Notes under the pieces: generated by a model
What the model was told of the DNA's origin: nothing
Database searches by the model: none
The model's input: only the letters and a program-made list of their open reading frames with translations
Shown here: positions 15,227 through 20,000 of the stretch, piece by piece
Layout of the letters: every line of letters starts with the position of its first letter
Numbering within the stretch: the stretch's first letter is position 1
Translations under genes and position numbers: made by a program
Origin: an uncultured virus (IMG/VR IMGVR_UViG_3300042467_002820)
Lineage: Duplodnaviria > Heunggongvirae > Uroviricota > Caudoviricetes
Reading direction: 5' to 3' (one strand)
DNA: 20,000 nucleotides
IMG/VR virus record: IMGVR_UViG_3300042467_002820

Positions 15227-15474
15227 TCGGCGAGCTGCTCCAGTGCGCGGCGGATGGTGTCTTGGCAGTCAAGAAATGCCGTTGGATTAGGGCCAGTAGC
15301 GATATGCGCTAGGGCATCAAGTGCCTGCTTTTTCAAGCTTGGCGGCTCGGGCTGGGATAGGGCGGCTCGGGCGCGGTCCAGCACCTTAGCGTTGGGGCCA
15401 TCCGGGCTCGCATAGCACTGCCATCCTTCCAGTTGTTTCACCAGCTCAGCGCAAAGTGCTCGGAAGTCAGTCAT
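15223..15474 (-). CDS. Mosaic hypothetical protein (PSLK.QAL...IRRALE family)
   Basis: MTDFRALCAEL...RARAAL.QPEP + PSLKKQAL...DTIRRALEQL. Confidence 0.65.
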   Translation of the reverse strand: MTDFRALCAELVKQLEGWQCYASPDGPNAKVLDRARAALSQPEPPSLKKQALDALAHIATGPNPTAFLDCQDTIRRALEQLAE

Positions 15475-15796
15475 CGGGAAGGGCCTCTAGGGCGCGGCGG
15501 ATGGTGTCGGCAGCTCCTTCCTTGAGGTAGCCCCTGTCGAAACTGATGTGCAGCTCATCAAGCGCCTGCTCCTTCAGGCTCGGGGGCTTGGGCCGGCGTG
15601 CGGCGCGGAGTTCGTCGTGCGCCCAATAGGTCTGCTTGCTTTTGACCCACTCACAGCACGCCTCCAGCTCCTGGTCTGCGCCCCATTGGGCGGCCTTGGT
15701 GGCAACATCAGTTGCCCACTGATCGACAGGATATGCCTTGGCGCCTAAGTACCACTGCAATACCAGCTCCGGCGGTGGGGTGATGGGGTGAGTCAC
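15467..15796 (-). CDS. Mosaic hypothetical protein (THPITPPPEL family)
   Basis: GTG start with GTGA overlap; paralog of 18487-18858. Confidence 0.7.
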   Translation of the reverse strand: MTHPITPPPELVLQWYLGAKAYPVDQWATDVATKAAQWGADQELEACCEWVKSKQTYWAHDELRAARRPKPPSLKEQALDELHISFDRGYLKEGAADTIRRALEALPDD

Positions 15797-16182
15797 GCCT
15801 CCACCTCCGCCGGCATCAACATCTGCCGGATCCGAGTAGCCGTGAACGGCCCGCGTGCAATCCGTCCCCAGATCACGCGCATCGCCACCACGGCCTCTTG
15901 ATCGGCCATGCAGCTGCCGCATTCATCCAGCGCCTTGGTTACTGCCTGGTGAGTCTCGCGGTACAGCTGCGGGTCGGGCTGCATCAGCGCATCACGCCAT
16001 GCAGCGACCTCACCAAGCGACTGCACACCGAAGTTCTTGAGCTTCATCAGGTCGGCCGTGGTGGCCAGCATGATCTGCTCAGCGGTGAAGTAGCCGCCCC
16101 GCAACAGGCTGTTGATCGTGCGGGTTTGCATGTAGCGCATGGTTTCCGGGATCAGCCGAAAATCGTCTTCAGTTGGGTGCAT
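15793..16182 (-). CDS. Protein with an RNA polymerase alpha-CTD-like domain
   Basis: 'RTINSLLRGGYFTAEQIMLATTADLMKLKNFGVQSLGEV' aligns by eye with the alpha-CTD pattern 'R..N.L...I.....L......LL...NFG.KSL.E'. Confidence 0.7.
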   Translation of the reverse strand: MHPTEDDFRLIPETMRYMQTRTINSLLRGGYFTAEQIMLATTADLMKLKNFGVQSLGEVAAWRDALMQPDPQLYRETHQAVTKALDECGSCMADQEAVVAMRVIWGRIARGPFTATRIRQMLMPAEVEA

Positions 16183-16390
16183 TGATCGAGTTCAGATGGT
16201 CAATCAGTTCTTGGCGCGACTGCCACATGGGACGGCCGTCAATCTTGCGCTCCATTTCGGTGATGGCGCGATGCAGGCCCTTCAGATACCAAAACCGGCT
16301 GATCGCAGCGACCTTGGGCGCCTGCTCCAGCAGCTGCTCCCAGATCTTGTCGGGGCAGCTATCCCAATCGATGTCATCACGCACGGTCAT
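16169..16390 (-). CDS. Hypothetical protein
   Basis: MTVRDDIDWDSCPDKIWEQLL...; start position uncertain. Confidence 0.45.
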   Translation of the reverse strand: MTVRDDIDWDSCPDKIWEQLLEQAPKVAAISRFWYLKGLHRAITEMERKIDGRPMWQSRQELIDHLNSINAPN

Positions 16391-16565
16391 CCACGGCTGC
16401 AGTGCCTGCTGGAGTGTCATCGAACGGGTCAAGCCATTGGATGCGGTCGTACCAGGGTCCATACTCTGCAAAGGCTTTGCTTTTGGCATCGGAGAAATTG
16501 GTGGCAGCAACGAAATCGAAGATGTTCGATTCGGGGATGGTGAAGTGGTAGTGGCGTTCAGTCAT
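16377..16565 (-). CDS. Hypothetical protein (62 aa)
   Basis: MTERHYHFTIPESNIFDFVAATNFSDAK...; ATGA-coupled. Confidence 0.6.
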   Translation of the reverse strand: MTERHYHFTIPESNIFDFVAATNFSDAKSKAFAEYGPWYDRIQWLDPFDDTPAGTAAVDDRA

Positions 16566-16771
16566 AGGTTTTGGAAAGCACGAAACGCGAGCGCGGCCTG
16601 GGCTTGTTCAGCCGGTGTCATTTTTTCTAATGCGGCTTTGAAGCCCCTGTAAAACGCGACGACGACCAAGCCAGGAAAGAAGAGGGCCAGCAGTCCGCCA
16701 ACAGCCAAGCAAACGCGGAGCTTCAGGGAGGTGGATCCGCCGATAAGGCTCATTGCTTCAGTGTCAGTCAT
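16562..16771 (-). CDS. Small membrane protein
   Basis: Hydrophobic 'VCLAVGGLLALFFPGLVVVAFY'; ATGA-coupled. Confidence 0.55.
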   Translation of the reverse strand: MTDTEAMSLIGGSTSLKLRVCLAVGGLLALFFPGLVVVAFYRGFKAALEKMTPAEQAQAALAFRAFQNL

Positions 16772-16890
16772 TCGCAAACAGGGAAAGCCCCAGCGGCGGA
16801 ATGGTGAGCAACGCGGCAGCTAACCGCGTGGTCGTGGACGATCAGGGCGATCGTGGCCACGGGGATGAGCAAGAACAGCAGTCGTTTCAT
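16768..16890 (-). CDS. 40-aa signal-peptide/TM microprotein
   Basis: MKRLLFLLIPVATIALIVHDH...; its stop overlaps the next ATG. Confidence 0.45.
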   Translation of the reverse strand: MKRLLFLLIPVATIALIVHDHAVSCRVAHHSAAGAFPVCE

Positions 16891-16949
16891 GTCTGGTGGG
16901 GTGGACGAGTCAATGATGCCGGGCGCCACCGAGCAGTGGGCATGAGTTG

Positions 16950-17426
16950 TCACACTTCGTAAAGGTCGCAGTCGCCGGCGAAGCTGGTGCCCTCCTCCAG
17001 TGGGTCCGGGAAGCCCAGTCCGCAGCTGCCGCCGCACCAGTGCCGGCACTCGCTGCAGTCCTTCCACGGCCGCCGCTTGAGTTTCGGAAATGCCCTCGCC
17101 CAACTGATGCCACGCCGCACCTGGCTGATTGCCTGCCGGCTCACACCAAGCTCCCGCGCCAGCTTCACATCCGAGATCTGCCGGTCGGTCAGCGCACGCT
17201 TCACCTGCTCACGGGTCAACTTTTTCGGCGCTAGGCGGCCCGGCTTGCGCTTCCGCGGTGGCTTGCGATCAGGTCCGATCGTCGTCCACCGCTCGCCGCA
17301 GTCGTTGCATTGCCACCGGCGGCGCACCAGGCCATCAAGACGTGGCCTGCTTTCACGAACGAATCGGTTGTTGTGCTCACAGACAGGCGTGCCTACCGTT
17401 AAAGAATCGCTGCTGTTGGAATCCAT
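16950..17426 (-). CDS. Zn-ribbon + HTH + Cys-rich putative transcription regulator
   Basis: 'VRESR...RRRWQCNDCGERWTT' (NrdR-like Zn ribbon), 'KLARELGVSRQAISQVRRG.SW' (HTH), 'CSECRHW...CGLGFPD...FAGDC'. The true start may be downstream of 17426. Confidence 0.7.
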   Translation of the reverse strand: MDSNSSDSLTVGTPVCEHNNRFVRESRPRLDGLVRRRWQCNDCGERWTTIGPDRKPPRKRKPGRLAPKKLTREQVKRALTDRQISDVKLARELGVSRQAISQVRRGISWARAFPKLKRRPWKDCSECRHWCGGSCGLGFPDPLEEGTSFAGDCDLYEV

Positions 17427-17619
17427 GCAATTTGGTAGCTGGCTTCAAGCGCAAATGAGTACAGAAGAAAAGTGGACGATCGAAACGATCGCCCGCAAAG
17501 AGGAGCCTCGTACAGCAATGCTGTACAGGTTGTGCTGTCAGCAGCAGTTCCAGCTCCAGCAGGCCGTCAACGAGATTGCCCGGCTGGAGCTACTGCTGAT
17601 GGATCACTCAAACAGCTGA
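17425..17619 (+). CDS. Small helical protein, the only plus-strand gene inside the leftward block
   Basis: MQFGSWLQAQMSTEEKWTIETIARKEE...QQQFQLQQAVNEIARLE; fills the gap between two minus-strand genes. Confidence 0.55.
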   Translation: MQFGSWLQAQMSTEEKWTIETIARKEEPRTAMLYRLCCQQQFQLQQAVNEIARLELLLMDHSNS

Positions 17620-17912
17620 ATTGCCTGCTCGTAGGTCGGTGCCTGGACGTGCCGGCTGAGCACCGTGCCATCAGGCTGCGGCATCTCGACCACAAACGTT
17701 GGCATCTCGTCGCGCCACAGCCGCATCAGCTCGTTCACCTCATCCACCAGCGTGCCGGCCTGTTCGTAGGTCCAGCTGCGGCGGGCAATGTTGAAGTGAG
17801 CCAGCGTTTCGATGCGATCACACCAGCGGATCAGCGTCACGGCATCCGGCGCCACCGGTGGCGACATCTGCTCCTTGTAGATCTCGCGCAGGCGGTTGAG
17901 TGGATGGGTCAT
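17604..17912 (-). CDS. Hypothetical protein
   Basis: MTHPLNRLREIYKEQ...; ATGA-coupled. Confidence 0.6.
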   Translation of the reverse strand: MTHPLNRLREIYKEQMSPPVAPDAVTLIRWCDRIETLAHFNIARRSWTYEQAGTLVDEVNELMRLWRDEMPTFVVEMPQPDGTVLSRHVQAPTYEQAIQLFE

Positions 17913-18115
17913 CGCCGGCCGAGGTAGTAGGTCCAGTCCTTCTTGAGGCCGCCGAATTCGTTCAGATCGCCCACGGCGGTCTTCTTGCCGCACACATCAC
18001 AGCAGCGCAGCGTGTAGGTAGCAATGTGCGTCGCCGGGCCGACGAAGCGCTCGTCGATGTAGAAGCCGCCGAGCTTGCGGCCGCAGGGTTGGCAAAGTTT
18101 TTCGGGTGTCTTCAT
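17909..18115 (-). CDS. Small Zn-finger protein
   Basis: MKTPEKLCQPCG...CCDVCG...EFGGL; ATGA-coupled. Confidence 0.6.
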   Translation of the reverse strand: MKTPEKLCQPCGRKLGGFYIDERFVGPATHIATYTLRCCDVCGKKTAVGDLNEFGGLKKDWTYYLGRR

Positions 18116-18258
18116 TGCTTTGGTTGGTTGAGCCCCCACTCAGCCGCAAGATAAGCGACGTGGAAGGGAATGGTCTCAGGAGAGATAACGCCTTCATGCA
18201 CCATGTCGACGGCGTCTTCGATCCAGTGCTCGACGAGCTCGAGGGGTGGTTCGGTCAT
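18112..18258 (-). CDS. Hypothetical protein (48 aa), truncated relative of the PPPEL family
   Basis: MTEPPLELVEHW...AYLAAEWG resembles PPPELV..W...AAQWG. Confidence 0.55.
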   Translation of the reverse strand: MTEPPLELVEHWIEDAVDMVHEGVISPETIPFHVAYLAAEWGLNQPKQ

Positions 18259-18494
18259 GACCTGCCCTCCAGCTCGGCGGCGATGGCGAGGAGTTCGTCG
18301 CGCACTTTGCATCGATTACGGATGGCGGCAAGTGACAGCGATCCCTCGTCGATGTCGTTTGGCTCTGGCGCAACCTGATCCGCAGCAGCTCGCAGGGCGG
18401 CGGCGAGACAGAGCCTGTGGATAAGGTGATTGATAAGAGGGGAGCCGCTGCAAGCACCCAGTACCGCCTGCGCAGCGGGTGAAAGTTCAGTCAT
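18255..18494 (-). CDS. Hypothetical protein (MTELSPAAQAVL family)
   Basis: ...LAAALRAAADQVAP...RDELLAIAAELEG; ATGACTGA overlap. Confidence 0.65.
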   Translation of the reverse strand: MTELSPAAQAVLGACSGSPLINHLIHRLCLAAALRAAADQVAPEPNDIDEGSLSLAAIRNRCKVRDELLAIAAELEGRS

Positions 18495-18858
18495 CAAGTT
18501 GCTCCAGTGCGCGGCGGATGATGTCTGCTTGGCCTGAGCAAATCCCCTCTGGCGGGACGTCATCGGCCATTTTGACGGCTTCAGAAAGTGCTTCCAACGC
18601 CTGCTCCTTCAAGCTCGGCAGATTGGGACGCATCGCCTCTTTTAATGATTCACCTACTGGAGTAATCCGTAGATACGGTTCATTCAGAGCATTATGATCC
18701 AGCCACTTTGCATCTTCTGCAAGTTGTTGGTCAGCGCCCCATTGGGCGGCGCGGATGGCGATGAACTCTGAATACCCGTAATGCTCAAAGTGAGTGCCTA
18801 TAGCATCTTGATTCCACTCACGCACCAGCTCCGGCGGTGGGGTGATGGGGTGGGTCAT
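18487..18858 (-). CDS. Mosaic hypothetical protein (THPITPPPEL family)
   Basis: MTHPITPPPELV...AAQWGADQ...PSLKEQAL...DIIRRALEQL. Confidence 0.7.
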   Translation of the reverse strand: MTHPITPPPELVREWNQDAIGTHFEHYGYSEFIAIRAAQWGADQQLAEDAKWLDHNALNEPYLRITPVGESLKEAMRPNLPSLKEQALEALSEAVKMADDVPPEGICSGQADIIRRALEQLDD

Positions 18859-19067
18859 TGCTCGGTCTCCTGCTCCAGTTGAGAAGCGATCTTGTCAGCC
18901 CATGCCATCAGATCACGAACGCGAACCATCTGACTGCCATCTTCAGGACCTTCAATGACACGCCAATGGCATGACGACGTGTCCCTGATGGCGTTCTCGA
19001 TGACAGCGCGAATCAGTTGAGCGCTGGTAGCGTGAAACTCCTGAAGCTTGGAACTGTAGTCAGTCAT
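18855..19067 (-). CDS. Hypothetical protein (70 aa)
   Basis: MTDYSSKLQEF...; ATGA-coupled. Confidence 0.6.
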   Translation of the reverse strand: MTDYSSKLQEFHATSAQLIRAVIENAIRDTSSCHWRVIEGPEDGSQMVRVRDLMAWADKIASQLEQETEQ

Positions 19068-19705
19068 TGCTCAGCCTCCTGCTCAAGCGCAGTCGCCGCA
19101 ACCAGATCGCCGTCGTGCTGCTCCCGCAACCACGCCGCCACCTCGCGGATCGCGGCGCGGGCCATGTCGCTCTCGACTACACCCCTTGCGTCGCTTTCAG
19201 TGGACGGCCAGTAATGCTTTTCATCCTCCAGCGCAATCGCCGTACTCACCCGCTCCACCAGCGAACTCCCAATTTGGCTTGAATTAGGAGTTGGCTTGGA
19301 GTTGGGCGCCAGCAGGTCCCTGACGTGCTGCGCTTGCTCTGGCGTCAGTTGCAGCGGTTCATTGATCTCGTAGACCTTTGATGCTGGGCGCTTGGGCAAC
19401 CTGGCGGCCGCACGGATCTGCTCTGGCGTGGCATTGCGAATCAAGTCCATGCACGCATGAAACCGGCGGTTGTTCTCTTCCTCGTCGATCGGCTCAAGCT
19501 GCTGCTGCGCGGCCTTCAGCGCCTCGACCCGGCTCGCCAGAGCCAAGATGTTGGCGCTGGTTTCGACGATGTGCTTGTGAGCCGCCGCCTCCAGCGCCTC
19601 GACCCTGGCGCGGAGTTCAAGAATGCAGGGCGCCCATGGCTGGCTGCCGTGGCTGCACCTTTCCAGTTCGTGCCACTGCTCGGGCGTTGCTTGGTGGTCA
19701 ATCAC
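19064..19705 (-). CDS. Mosaic hypothetical protein
   Basis: GTG start (MIDHQATPEQW) with GTGA overlap; internal repeat LRARVEALEAA / LASRVEALKAA; C-terminal 'SLVERV..AI...ARAAIREVAAWLR...LEQEA'. Confidence 0.65.
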   Translation of the reverse strand: MIDHQATPEQWHELERCSHGSQPWAPCILELRARVEALEAAAHKHIVETSANILALASRVEALKAAQQQLEPIDEEENNRRFHACMDLIRNATPEQIRAAARLPKRPASKVYEINEPLQLTPEQAQHVRDLLAPNSKPTPNSSQIGSSLVERVSTAIALEDEKHYWPSTESDARGVVESDMARAAIREVAAWLREQHDGDLVAATALEQEAEQ

Positions 19706-19881
19706 AGCCGCACCTCTAGATCCAGCCAGTAGCCGCATCTGCCGTCCATGGTCATGCTCTGGTTGACGTGCAACGACTCGACCAAAAGCCCAGTGTCGTC
19801 GGTGAACTCACGCAGGGCTTGATTGATGCGTTCGCGCAGGGCCTTCTTGGCGGCTTTCGCTTCGTCGATTGTCATGGTCAT
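19702..19881 (-). CDS. Hypothetical protein (59 aa)
   Basis: MTMTIDEAKAAKKALRERINQALREFTDDTGLLVESLHV...; ATGA-coupled. Confidence 0.55.
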   Translation of the reverse strand: MTMTIDEAKAAKKALRERINQALREFTDDTGLLVESLHVNQSMTMDGRCGYWLDLEVRL

Positions 19882-19985
19882 GAGATCAGAAGGGCAATGG
19901 TGGCAACTAGGAGGACCGGGATCCCGACAATGACTGCTGTGGCTTGAAGCAGGAACAGCGCGTCTGCTTTTGTGAAGCTCGTCAC
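19878..19985 (-). CDS. 35-aa single-TM microprotein
   Basis: GTG start; MTSFTKADALFLLQATAVIVGIPVLLVATIALLIS*. Confidence 0.45.
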   Translation of the reverse strand: MTSFTKADALFLLQATAVIVGIPVLLVATIALLIS

Positions 19986-20000
19986 GCCGCCACCTCCACC

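Noticed and set aside
15297..15311. Additional TAG-N9-CTA site
   Set aside because: Isolated copy inside an unrelated gene, far from the recombinase; treated as background.
13296..19732. Numerous plus-strand ORFs in the ORF track
   Set aside because: Antisense shadows of the tightly coupled minus-strand genes in GC-rich DNA; only 17425-17619 fills a real gap.

Overview
The window is a segment of a temperate tailed phage or prophage. The gene families resemble those of phages of freshwater picocyanobacteria (host assignment is inference). Order: tail-fibre/tail-tip module (1-4937); HNH gene and a structured non-coding cassette region (4937-5771); an arm-less tyrosine recombinase between two paralogous small genes (5772-7455); lysis module (holin-like genes, GH24 lysozyme-C39 peptidase endolysin); dCTP deaminase and ThyX; a second, classical integrase with an attP-like region and an intact tRNA-Lys(TTT); an HNH gene and a tRNA-like element; then a long leftward chain of small, translationally coupled, mosaic genes, including a dNMP kinase and an RNA polymerase alpha-CTD-like protein. 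The most striking signal is a palindromic TAG-N9-CTA motif. It recurs in one codon phase at module junctions of the tail-fibre gene and again just upstream of the arm-less recombinase, which suggests a recombinase-driven tail-fibre module shuffling/cassette system. All calls are from manual reading; no database searches were run.
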